This document shows positions 1 to 8,130 of a stretch of DNA of 64,000 bases, piece after piece; position 1 is the first letter of the stretch, and each line of letters begins with the position of its first letter. Position numbers and translations under genes: made by a program. Below the pieces are notes generated by a model, which had not been told where the DNA came from, ran no database searches, and was given only the letters and a program-made list of their open reading frames with translations. The stretch spans positions 1-64,000 of the forward strand of contig JBPOGH010000002.1 of assembly GCA_051252135.1 (NCBI GenBank). Direction: 5' to 3'. Source of the stretch: Verrucomicrobiaceae bacterium (GTDB taxonomy: Bacteria; Verrucomicrobiota; Verrucomicrobiia; Verrucomicrobiales; Akkermansiaceae).

Positions 1-162
1 GCGTCTCCCTTCGCGCCTTGCCGGACTTCAAAATGACTTGCAGCAGCGAACTCCCTCTTTAAGCAGCGCTTCCCTAGTGCCTTTTTCGGTTGGGCGGGTA
101 GATTTCCTTGGCGGGTGGGCGCGGTTGCCTATCTTTTAACGATAGACGGCTTTTCGATTCTC

Positions 163-663
163 ATGGTGATTCTTCAGAAACCTTCACTTCGGCACGAAGA
201 GGTGTTTCTGCGGGCGGTTCGCAAGAGTCGGGGGCTGCACGAGGGGTTGGTTTCGCCGCCTGCGGGTTCTGAGGAATTTCAGGAGTATCTCAGGTCGCTG
301 CGCAAGAGGAACCGGATTGGTTTTTTGATCATGCGGCCGGAGTGTGATGAACCGGTGGGGGTGGTGAATGTGAACGAGATTGTTCGTGGCGTTTTTCAGT
401 CGGCCTATCTGGGTTATTACGCCTTCCTTCCCCATGCAGGTCGGGGGTTGATGCGGGAGGGGATGCAAGAGGTGATCGGGTATTGCTTTGGAGAGCTGGG
501 GCTTCATCGGTTGGAGGCGAATATTCAGCCCGGGAATGAGCGGTCGATTGGTTTGGTGAAGGGGTTGGGGTTTTTGAAGGAGGGGGATTCGCCGGGGTAT
601 CTGAAGATTGATGGGGAGTGGAGGGATCACGAGCGTTGGGCGATCCGGGCGGAGCAGTGGTGA
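163..663 (+). CDS. GNAT acetyltransferase, RimJ/RimL family
   Basis: Motifs IVRGVFQSAYLGY, LGLHRLEANIQPGN.RS and YLKIDGEWRDH are typical of RimJ-like proteins. ATG at 163 preferred over GTG at 115. Confidence 0.85.
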   Translation: MVILQKPSLRHEEVFLRAVRKSRGLHEGLVSPPAGSEEFQEYLRSLRKRNRIGFLIMRPECDEPVGVVNVNEIVRGVFQSAYLGYYAFLPHAGRGLMREGMQEVIGYCFGELGLHRLEANIQPGNERSIGLVKGLGFLKEGDSPGYLKIDGEWRDHERWAIRAEQW

Positions 664-791
664 TTTTTTTGATTCCGAATGTAGGACATCGCCTGTTCGC
701 GTTGGGATTCGGAGATGGAAAAGATGCCGTAGCCGGATTGCCAGGAGAAGGTGGGGACTCCGGCGGTGGACTTTATCCATTTTGAGGAAGT
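657..791 (-). pseudogene. C-terminal remnant of an IS200/IS605-type (Y1) transposase
   Basis: Minus frame reads TSSKWIK...FSWQSGYGIFSISESQ...YIRNQKNHH, matching the TnpA C-terminal motif WQxGYGxFSxS...YIxNQxxHH. It has no HUH N-terminus and fills the gap between two convergent genes. Confidence 0.72.
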
Positions 792-795
792 GGGG

Positions 796-1965
796 TTATT
801 TTCCGCCGGTGATTTTTTGGACGGATTCGGCAGGGAGATTTGCGGAGGACATCCATTCGCGAGCGGCTTCGGGGTCGCGGTGGAAGAAGGTGCGGCCGGT
901 GTCGACGAGGGCGCGGCCCCGGGCGTCGGGATTTGAGATGGAGGTAGCCCATTCGACTCCGGTGGCGGGGTCATCGTGAACGACGCGGAGGGCGTAGCCG
1001 TAGCGGGCGGCGTCCTGGTGGGTGGAGGGGATTTGGGTGATGGCGTTGGCGGCTTGTTCGGGGTTCCGGCTGGCGAAGGCGTAGAAGGAGCTGCCGACGG
1101 CGTGGTTTTTTCCGTCGCTTTCGGGGAGGGAGAGGGCCCAGTCGATGGTGCCGTTGGGGTCGGATTTGGCGAGTTCGCTGGCGGCGTGTTGGTGGGCCTG
1201 GAGGTTCATTTCGCCGTCGGGGATGTTGGCGAGGAAGTGGGAGATTTCTTCGGGGTCGCCGGAGCGGAGGGCGGCGCCGGTGGCGATGCGGGCCATTTTT
1301 CCGGCTTCCTTATCGCCGTTTTCAAAGCGTTCGATGGCGAACTCGACGGCGAGTTGGGGGTCGGCATCGGCGAGGCCGAAGGCGGCGCCCCATTTCATGT
1401 GGCTGCTGCCGCTTTGTTGGGCGGGGGAGAGGGTATCGAAGTAGGCCATGGCGGCGGCGGGATCAGTGGCGGCCCAACCGGCGAGGGTGGCGGCCATGTC
1501 GCGCTTGGGGGTGTCGGCTCCGTGGAGGACGGCTTCTTGTCCGGCGATGGATCCCCAGGCGTAGTGGAACTCGCGGAACTCGGGGGAGTCCTGGGGGAGG
1601 TGGGCGATTTGTTCGCGGAGGAGGCGGGCGTTTTGGGGGGTGAGGTTTTTGAGGATTTCGGAGAAGGCGAGGCGGCGGGCGATGGGGCCTTTGGCGGTGC
1701 GGAATTCCCGGCCGAGTTCGATGAGGTCGGCATCGGAGAGGGGGGTGTTGGTTGGGGGTTCATATTCCCGGCCGGAGGTGCGGGAGGAGCGGGAATTTTG
1801 GGAGTCGACGGAGAGGGAGGAGGACCGGTCAGAAACCCGGGTGGGTGAATTGTCGGAAGAGGTGGGAGGGGAGGATTCCGTGGGTTGGGTCATCTGCGAT
1901 CCCAGGAGGAAGGCGGTGAGGGCGACGGCGGCCCAGACGAGGTGGTGGAGGTGGGTTTTTTTCAT
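796..1965 (-). CDS. Membrane-anchored hypothetical protein with helical DPxxAxxW repeats
   Basis: 389-aa ORF with an N-terminal hydrophobic helix, a Ser-rich linker and repeated DP..A..W/F helices. Codon pattern matches other minus-strand genes. Confidence 0.8.
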   Translation of the reverse strand: MKKTHLHHLVWAAVALTAFLLGSQMTQPTESSPPTSSDNSPTRVSDRSSSLSVDSQNSRSSRTSGREYEPPTNTPLSDADLIELGREFRTAKGPIARRLAFSEILKNLTPQNARLLREQIAHLPQDSPEFREFHYAWGSIAGQEAVLHGADTPKRDMAATLAGWAATDPAAAMAYFDTLSPAQQSGSSHMKWGAAFGLADADPQLAVEFAIERFENGDKEAGKMARIATGAALRSGDPEEISHFLANIPDGEMNLQAHQHAASELAKSDPNGTIDWALSLPESDGKNHAVGSSFYAFASRNPEQAANAITQIPSTHQDAARYGYALRVVHDDPATGVEWATSISNPDARGRALVDTGRTFFHRDPEAAREWMSSANLPAESVQKITGGK

Positions 1966-2057
1966 CGTTGAAGGAGGTGGCCAGATTAAGGGCGGGAGAG
2001 GTTAAATGACGGGGGAGGATTTGTGGAGGGTGAAATATTGGGTCATGTCGGAGCGTT

Positions 2058-2960
2058 TTGAGGGTGATGATTAAGTTTTCAGTTTTGTTGAGCGGGGTGC
2101 TGGCGCTGCCGGTTTTTGGCGGGTTGTCTTTTGTGGATGACGAGGGGAAGCATTTGGATGTGGTGTCGGACGGGAAGGTGTTGGTGCGTTACATGTATGA
2201 GCACGATACCTCGACGAAGGAGAAGCACCTTGAGACGTATAAGCCGTATCTGCATGTGTTTGATGCGGAGGGGAAGGCGCCGATCACGAAGGGGGCGGGG
2301 GGGAAGTTTCCGCATCACCGGGGGATTTTCATCGGGTGGAGCAAGATCGAGTTTGGCGGGAAAATGTATGACCGATGGCACATGAAGGGGGGCGATATTG
2401 TGCACCAGAAATTTGCGAAGCAGGAAGTGAAGGACGGGGTGGCGGAGTTCACCTCGGTGACGCATTGGATGGATGAGAAGGGGTCGCCATTTCTGAAAGA
2501 GGAGCGGACGTTTGCGGTGAGTGAGGGAACGCATGGGGGGCGGTTGTTTATCGATTTTCGGTCGAAGTTGACGCCGGTGGGCGGGGATGTGTTTTTGAAG
2601 GGGGATCCGGAGCATGCGGGGGTTCAGTATCGGCCGGCCGATGAGGTGGACGTGAAGAAGACGCAATATCTTTTCCCGGAGGGAGTGGATGATGTGACGA
2701 AGGTGAAGGATCTTGCGTGGGCGGCGGAGAATTACACGTTGCACGGGAAGCGGTATGGGGTGGTGCATTTGAATGCTCCGGGGAATCCGAAGAAGACGGT
2801 GCACTCGGCTTATCGGGATTACGGGCGTTTTGGGGCGTTTTTTGAGACGGAGATTGAGGAGGGGGAGTCGCTGGTGGTGAACTATGGTTTTTTGATTTTG
2901 GATGGGGAGTTGCCGGGGCGGGAGACGGTGCAGGGGGTTTGGGAGGCTTGGGTGAAGTAG
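2058..2960 (+). CDS. Secreted DUF6807 (PmoA-like family) protein
   Basis: Signal peptide; motifs KPYLHV, FPHHRGIFIGW and SAYRDYGRFG. Start could be ATG at 2067. Confidence 0.7.
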   Translation: MRVMIKFSVLLSGVLALPVFGGLSFVDDEGKHLDVVSDGKVLVRYMYEHDTSTKEKHLETYKPYLHVFDAEGKAPITKGAGGKFPHHRGIFIGWSKIEFGGKMYDRWHMKGGDIVHQKFAKQEVKDGVAEFTSVTHWMDEKGSPFLKEERTFAVSEGTHGGRLFIDFRSKLTPVGGDVFLKGDPEHAGVQYRPADEVDVKKTQYLFPEGVDDVTKVKDLAWAAENYTLHGKRYGVVHLNAPGNPKKTVHSAYRDYGRFGAFFETEIEEGESLVVNYGFLILDGELPGRETVQGVWEAWVK

Positions 2961-3010
2961 GTCGAAAGGAGCCTGTTACTGCGGGCTCTCAATGAGGGCT
3001 TGCGGGATGT

Positions 3011-3218
3011 TCACGTGACACGTCGATGTGCCGGGCTTAGCCATGAATTTGTGAAATGAAAAACCCAGGGCGTTGCCCTGGGCTGGTATGAGGCGGGCCT
3101 TTGGCCCTGGGGTAATGTCACGTGACACGTCGATGTGCCGGGCTTAGCCATGAATTGCGAAATGAAAAACCCAGGGCGATGCCCTGGGCTGGTATGAGGC
3201 GGGCCTTTGGCCCTGGGG
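3011..3218. repeat. Two tandem copies (period 107 bp) of a unit carrying REP-like palindromes
   Basis: 3011-3112 and 3118-3218 are nearly identical. Each contains CCCAGGGC-g(t/a)t-GCCCTGGG and GGGCC-ttt-GGCCC hairpins. Lies between convergent genes. Confidence 0.95.
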
Positions 3219-3261
3219 AATTGCGATGGTCATCGACCGACGCTCCAATTGGGAGAGGCGA

Positions 3262-5280
3262 TTATTTTTCGGTGATCTCGATGTTGCGGAAGGAGATTTC
3301 CATGGTGTTTCCTCCGTGAAGCTGGAGGCCGAGGGGGCCTTTTTCGATGGCGGTGTCGGAGGTGTAGGTGACGCCTTGGACTCCGTTGAGCCAGGTTTTG
3401 TAGGTGTTGCCATTGACCTCGATTTTGAGGGTGTTCCAGCCTTTGGGTTTGACGGCGGCGATGGCTTCCTTGCTTTCGACGGGGTAGCCTTTTTTGGGGA
3501 TGTAGGGGGCGGCGGTGAGGTCGCGCTTGAGGGAGCCGGAGATGCCGATTTGGATTTGGTCGTGCTCTCGCTTGAGCATGACTCCGGAGTCGATCTTACC
3601 GGCGCCGTTTTTGAAATCGAGGGTGAGGGTGAAGTCGGTGAATTCCTTTTTGGTCCAGAGGACGGAGCCGATATTCTTGGGTCCGGATTGGCAGTGGATG
3701 GTGCCGTTTTTGACGGTCCAGTGCGGGTGGTCGGATTTGGAGTCGACGCGCCAGTTGGTGAGGTCTTTTCCGTTGAAGAGGGATTGGGCGGGGAGGAAGG
3801 TGACGTTGCGGTCGTTGGAGACGGGTTGGCCGGGGGTGCAGCGGCCTTTGTCGACCTGTTCCCGGAGGAGGGCGATGAGGGCGCTGACTTTTTGGGGATG
3901 TTTCTCGAGGAGGTTTGTTTTTTCGCCGGGGTCGTCTTTCAGGTTAAAGAGCTGCATGGCGGGGAGGCCTTGTTTTTTGGCGTCGGGTTCGCGGGGGTCG
4001 CTCCAGCCTCCGCTGCCGTGGGCGAGGCAGAGTTTCCAGTCGCCCTCGCGGATGGCGAAGTGACCGCTGATGGAGTGGCTGATGAGGGTGTTGCGGGCGG
4101 TGGTTCCTTTTCCGGAGAAGTCGGGGAGGAGGGAGAAGCCGTCTTCGCCGCCGAGGGGTTTGCGTTCTTCGCCGGTGATTTCCTCGAGGGTGGTGTAGAG
4201 GTCGGTGAGGCAGGCGATGGAGTTGGAGGTGCGTCCGCCCGGGATGGTGGCGGGCCAGCGGGCGATGAGGGGGACGCGGTGTCCGGCTTCGTAGAGGTCG
4301 GCTTTGTTGCCACGGAATTTTGCGCCGGGGTGGTGATCGAACCTGGCGAGGACTTCGAAGTTTGCCTGGGGCGAGCAGCCGTTGTCGCTGGTGAAGATGA
4401 GGAGGGTGTTGTCATCGATGCCGGCCTCTTTGATGGCGGTCATGAGTTGTCCCATGTGGTGGTCCATTTGCATGACGAAGTCGGCGTAGGGGTTGATCTT
4501 GCTGGCGTCCTTGAAGGGCGGGACGGGGACGATGGGGGTGTGGGGGGCGGGGAGGGGGAGGTAGATGAAGAAGGGTTCTTCCTTTTGGGCGCGCTCGTTG
4601 ATGCGGGCGATTGTTTTTTGGAAGAGGTGGGGGAGGACTTGTTCGATCTCGAAGTCCGGGGCGATGGGGCCTTTGCGGTACCATCCGTAGGGGTCTTCCT
4701 GTCGGGTCACGCCTTCCTCGCGGATGGGGATGGCGGTGGGCATGCCGGTGTCGACCCAGACGTAGGGGGCCATATCGAGGGAGCCGCAGTGGCCGTAGTA
4801 TTGGTGGAAGCCGTTGATGTCGGGGCCGTTGAGGACGGGCTTGGAGAAGTCGATTTTTTTACCGTCCTTATGCCAATCCCAGCCGAGGTGCCATTTACCG
4901 ATCATGGAGGTGTGGTAGCCTGCGCCCTTGAGGAGGTGGGCGATGGTGGGTCGGTCGGCAGGGATGAGGTGCTTGCTGGTGCCGGAGAGGACGCCTTTTG
5001 CCATGCGGGAGCGCCAGTTGTAGCGACCGGTGAGGAGGCCGTAACGGGTGGGGGTGCAGACGGAGCTGGGGGTGTGGGCGTCGAGGAAGGTGAGGCCCTG
5101 ATCAGCCATTTTTTGGAGATGGGGTGTTTTGATTTTGCACTCCGGGTTGGTGGGCGAGACATCGCCGATGCCGAGATCGTCCGCCATGACGATGATGACG
5201 TTTGGTCGAGTTGCTATGGGGGAGTCGGCGAGGAGGCCGAGGGAGGTGGCGAAGAGGGTGAGGATGATTTTTTTGATCAT
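3262..5280 (-). CDS. Arylsulfatase (S1) fused to a C-terminal DUF1080 / 3-keto-disaccharide hydrolase domain
   Basis: Signal peptide, NVIIVMADDLG, CTPTR formylglycine motif and GKWHLG. C-terminus has SLFNGKDLTNW...DSGV...GLQLHG...FRNI. Confidence 0.9.
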   Translation of the reverse strand: MIKKIILTLFATSLGLLADSPIATRPNVIIVMADDLGIGDVSPTNPECKIKTPHLQKMADQGLTFLDAHTPSSVCTPTRYGLLTGRYNWRSRMAKGVLSGTSKHLIPADRPTIAHLLKGAGYHTSMIGKWHLGWDWHKDGKKIDFSKPVLNGPDINGFHQYYGHCGSLDMAPYVWVDTGMPTAIPIREEGVTRQEDPYGWYRKGPIAPDFEIEQVLPHLFQKTIARINERAQKEEPFFIYLPLPAPHTPIVPVPPFKDASKINPYADFVMQMDHHMGQLMTAIKEAGIDDNTLLIFTSDNGCSPQANFEVLARFDHHPGAKFRGNKADLYEAGHRVPLIARWPATIPGGRTSNSIACLTDLYTTLEEITGEERKPLGGEDGFSLLPDFSGKGTTARNTLISHSISGHFAIREGDWKLCLAHGSGGWSDPREPDAKKQGLPAMQLFNLKDDPGEKTNLLEKHPQKVSALIALLREQVDKGRCTPGQPVSNDRNVTFLPAQSLFNGKDLTNWRVDSKSDHPHWTVKNGTIHCQSGPKNIGSVLWTKKEFTDFTLTLDFKNGAGKIDSGVMLKREHDQIQIGISGSLKRDLTAAPYIPKKGYPVESKEAIAAVKPKGWNTLKIEVNGNTYKTWLNGVQGVTYTSDTAIEKGPLGLQLHGGNTMEISFRNIEITEK

Positions 5281-5291
5281 GGAGAATGAGG

Positions 5292-6542
5292 CTAGGCGGC
5301 TTTGAGTTCATCGGAGGACATGCGGGTCCAGGTGATGATGGCGATGATGTTGAGGACGGCGGCGACGTAGAAGAAGCTGGAGACCTCGAAGTTGTTTTTG
5401 AGCATGGGGTAGGCCATGGCGGTGGCGAAGGCTCCGATGTTTCCAGCCATGTTCATGGTGCCGGAGAAGGCTCCGGCATTTCTGCCTCCGATATCGACGC
5501 AGTAGGACCAGGAGGGGCTGAGGGTCATATCTGCTCCGAAGACGGCGATGGTGAGAAAGAGGAGGGCGGGGCCGACGGTGTCCATCTGGCTGGCGACGAT
5601 GAGGCCGATGGTGGCGAGGGCGAAGCCGATCATGGCGGGGACCTTGCGGGAGAGTTCGGGGCGTTTTCCGACGTAGAGTTTATCGACGAGCCATCCGGAA
5701 ACCCAGTTGCCGAGTGCGCCTCCGATGAGGGGGACGGCGGTGACGAGTCCGGCGGTTTCGAGTGTGAGATCGAAGCGGCCTTTGAAGTAGGAGAACATCC
5801 AGGTGAGGCAGAAGAAGAAGGTGAAATTACTGCAGAAATACTGGATCATCGCGAGCTTGAGCTGGCCGGAGGCGATGAGTTCGGCGAAGGGGATTTTATC
5901 GGGTTTGGCTCCGGTGGTTTTTTGGCGGTGGGCTTCGATGTAGTCGCGTTCTTTTTCCGAAACCATTGAGTGCTCGGCGGGCTCATCGCGGAACCAGAAC
6001 CACCAGAGGACGGCGATGCCGATACCGAGGGCGCCAAGGATGAAGAAGGACTGTCGCCAACCGGCACTGGCGATGAGCATGACCATGAGGGGATAGGCGA
6101 TGGCGCCACCGAGGCGGGAGGCGGAAAAATTGATGCCGGTGACGAGGCCGCGTTCCTTGACGGGGAACCAGGAGAAGGTGGAGCGGGCGAGGGCGGGGAA
6201 GGCTCCTGCTTCACTGGCTCCGAAGATGAAGCGGGTGATGAGGAGCGAAATGTAGCCGATGGTGGCTCCGGTGAGGGCGGTGAGGCCGGACCAGAGGGCG
6301 ACGATGATGGCGAGGACCTTGCGGGGTCCAAGGCGATCGGCCATGGCACCGGTGGGGGTTTGTGCGAGGGCGTAGCCGAGGGTGAAGATGGCCATCACGA
6401 ATCCGAACTGGGTGTCGGTGAGGTTAAAGTCCTTCGTGATTCCACCTTTTGCGACGGCGATGGCGGTGCGGTCGATGTAAAGGAGGAGAGAAAGAGTGAA
6501 GGTGAAGCAGACGAGGAGAAAGCGGACTGGCATATTGGACAC
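5292..6542 (-). CDS. MFS transporter, ACS (sugar-acid) type
   Basis: About 12 hydrophobic segments; YIDR, ADRLGPR, RFIFGASEAGAFP and WFPVKERG. Start may be ATG at 6533. Confidence 0.9.
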   Translation of the reverse strand: MSNMPVRFLLVCFTFTLSLLLYIDRTAIAVAKGGITKDFNLTDTQFGFVMAIFTLGYALAQTPTGAMADRLGPRKVLAIIVALWSGLTALTGATIGYISLLITRFIFGASEAGAFPALARSTFSWFPVKERGLVTGINFSASRLGGAIAYPLMVMLIASAGWRQSFFILGALGIGIAVLWWFWFRDEPAEHSMVSEKERDYIEAHRQKTTGAKPDKIPFAELIASGQLKLAMIQYFCSNFTFFFCLTWMFSYFKGRFDLTLETAGLVTAVPLIGGALGNWVSGWLVDKLYVGKRPELSRKVPAMIGFALATIGLIVASQMDTVGPALLFLTIAVFGADMTLSPSWSYCVDIGGRNAGAFSGTMNMAGNIGAFATAMAYPMLKNNFEVSSFFYVAAVLNIIAIITWTRMSSDELKAA

Positions 6543-6592
6543 TCAAGCGAAGTTGGGGGTCTTCGGCGAGGATAAAGCTGTTAGGTCCTTAC

Positions 6593-7459
6593 CTATTTGC
6601 GGCGGATCAAGCCGGTGGTGAGTCCGGTGCCGAGGAGGGTGACGACCATGCCGGCGATCATTTGGGTGGTGACGGTTTCGTGGAGGATGAGCCAGCCCCA
6701 GAAGATGCCGAAGAAGGGGATGAGGAAGGTGACGGAAGTGGCGGCGGTGGCTCCGGTGCGTCCGATGAGGCGGAAGAAGAGGACGAAGGCGAGGGCGGTA
6801 CAGAGGAGGGAGAGGGCGGTGGCGCTGAGCCAGCTGACCGGAGAGGGGATTTGGGCGGGGAGGCGGGCGAGGGCGAAGGGGAGGAGGACGAGGCCGGCTC
6901 CGAGGAGGCTGCCCGAGGAGGCGACGAGGGGTGGGACGTTGCGGAGTTTGGCTTTGATCCAGCTGGCTCCGAAGCCGTAGAAGAGGCAGGCGGTGACGCA
7001 GGCGGTGATGGGCCAGCCGCGGCCGTGCTGGTGGAATTCGAGTTTTCCCCAAACGAGGATGACGACGCCGAGGATCCCGAGGGCGAGGCCGAGGATTTGG
7101 GAGGGGCGGAGTCGTTCGCCGAGCCAGAAGGCGGCGATGAGGGCGCTGAAGACGGGGACGCTGGAATTCATGAGGGAGGTGAATCCGGCGCTGAGGGTGA
7201 GGGTGGCGTAGGAGAGGAGGATGAAGGAGAGGGAGGAGCCGAAGACGCCGCTGACGAGGAGCTGCCACCAGTGGGCTCGGGCGATTTGGCGGGCTTCTTT
7301 GCGGAGGAAGACGGGGGAGAGGGCGAGGCCGGCGAGGCCCATGCGGAAGGCGATGAGCGGGACGGGACCGAAGCTTGGAGCGGAGACGCGCATGAAGAGG
7401 AAGGAGGCCCCCCAGACTGCGGCGAGGAAGAGGAGGACCAGGAAATCGGCTAAGCGCAC
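6593..7459 (-). CDS. DMT/EamA family transporter
   Basis: About 10 TM segments; WGASFLFMR, LGERL and VTFLIPFFGIFWGWLILHE. Confidence 0.9.
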   Translation of the reverse strand: MRLADFLVLLFLAAVWGASFLFMRVSAPSFGPVPLIAFRMGLAGLALSPVFLRKEARQIARAHWWQLLVSGVFGSSLSFILLSYATLTLSAGFTSLMNSSVPVFSALIAAFWLGERLRPSQILGLALGILGVVILVWGKLEFHQHGRGWPITACVTACLFYGFGASWIKAKLRNVPPLVASSGSLLGAGLVLLPFALARLPAQIPSPVSWLSATALSLLCTALAFVLFFRLIGRTGATAATSVTFLIPFFGIFWGWLILHETVTTQMIAGMVVTLLGTGLTTGLIRRK

Positions 7460-7547
7460 GCCTGTGGAGTCTGTTGTTGAGAGGGCTTTGTCAAGGGGGG
7501 GAGATTGGTCTTGTTGGGAGGTGGGGCGGGGGGGTAGGATTGGGGGT

Positions 7548-7844
7548 ATGAATCGCGGGCATTTTCTTACGTTGGCACTGGGTGCCGGGATGGGGTCGAT
7601 GGTCGCGGTGGGTAGCGAGCGGGCGGTGCCGGGTTCGCTTGAGGGTTGGGCGGCGAGGTATGGGTTTTCGGTTTCCGAAGGGGGAAAGGGAGTTTCCCTG
7701 CAAGGGGGGATTCGTGCCGATCAGTTGGCGACGGGGCTGCAGGAGTTGGCGGCACTTTCCGAGTCGGCGATGCGGGCGGAGGGAAATGTGATGACCGGGA
7801 TGGTTGGTGAGCGGCCTTTTCAGGTCGTAATCAAGCAACGGTAA
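7548..7844 (+). CDS. Small hypothetical protein with a Tat-like N-terminus
   Basis: MNRGHFLTLALGAG... start; TAGGAT (-10-like) lies 7 nt upstream of the ATG. Overlaps the 3' end of the DUF6916-like gene. Confidence 0.5.
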   Translation: MNRGHFLTLALGAGMGSMVAVGSERAVPGSLEGWAARYGFSVSEGGKGVSLQGGIRADQLATGLQELAALSESAMRAEGNVMTGMVGERPFQVVIKQR

Positions 7845-8121
7845 CGATCATTTTGTCTTGCCGGAAGGGCGAGGCGAAGAGGGTTTGGCGGAAGCCGGTG
7901 TGGTCTTCGATGAGGTAGGTTCCTTGTTGGAAGGATTGATCCTTTGAGAAGAGGAAGGTGAGGGAGAAGAACTCGAGGTCGCGGAGTCCGTCTTCGTCCG
8001 GGGCGTCGAGTTTTTTGACCGACTGGAGGGTCCAGGTGCCAGTGAGTTCGTGGTCTCCGTTGACGGTGAAGGTGGTGCCGATTCGGGAGTCGAAGTCGGC
8101 GAATTGTGGGCGACCGGTCAT
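7831..8121 (-). CDS. DUF6916-like small protein
   Basis: F...IGTTF...L..V...FSLTF...QGTY...LF.SP pattern. From my recall, this family is usually found beside tail-collar and GNAT genes, as here. Confidence 0.68.
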   Translation of the reverse strand: MTGRPQFADFDSRIGTTFTVNGDHELTGTWTLQSVKKLDAPDEDGLRDLEFFSLTFLFSKDQSFQQGTYLIEDHTGFRQTLFASPFRQDKMIVTVA

Positions 8122-8130
8122 GGTGATTTT

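Noticed and set aside
1..162. Possible RNA gene at the window start
   Set aside because: No tRNA or riboswitch structure recognisable; treated as uninterpreted intergenic sequence.
2058..2960. Methane monooxygenase subunit
   Set aside because: Soluble secreted DUF6807-type protein; no pmoCAB context or membrane topology.
3011..3218. Possible CRISPR array (also considered 23033-23283 and 25322-25611)
   Set aside because: No constant-length repeats with unique, regular spacers, and no cas genes.
3226..5289. Long Gly/Glu/Val-rich + strand ORFs (also 8050-9288, 18305-19753, 23240-24691, 49834-51492, 52320-53894, 54921-56135) and Pro/Ser/Thr-rich alternate-frame ORFs
   Set aside because: Antisense or frame shadows of recognisable genes, produced by high GC and strong skew; they carry no family motifs.
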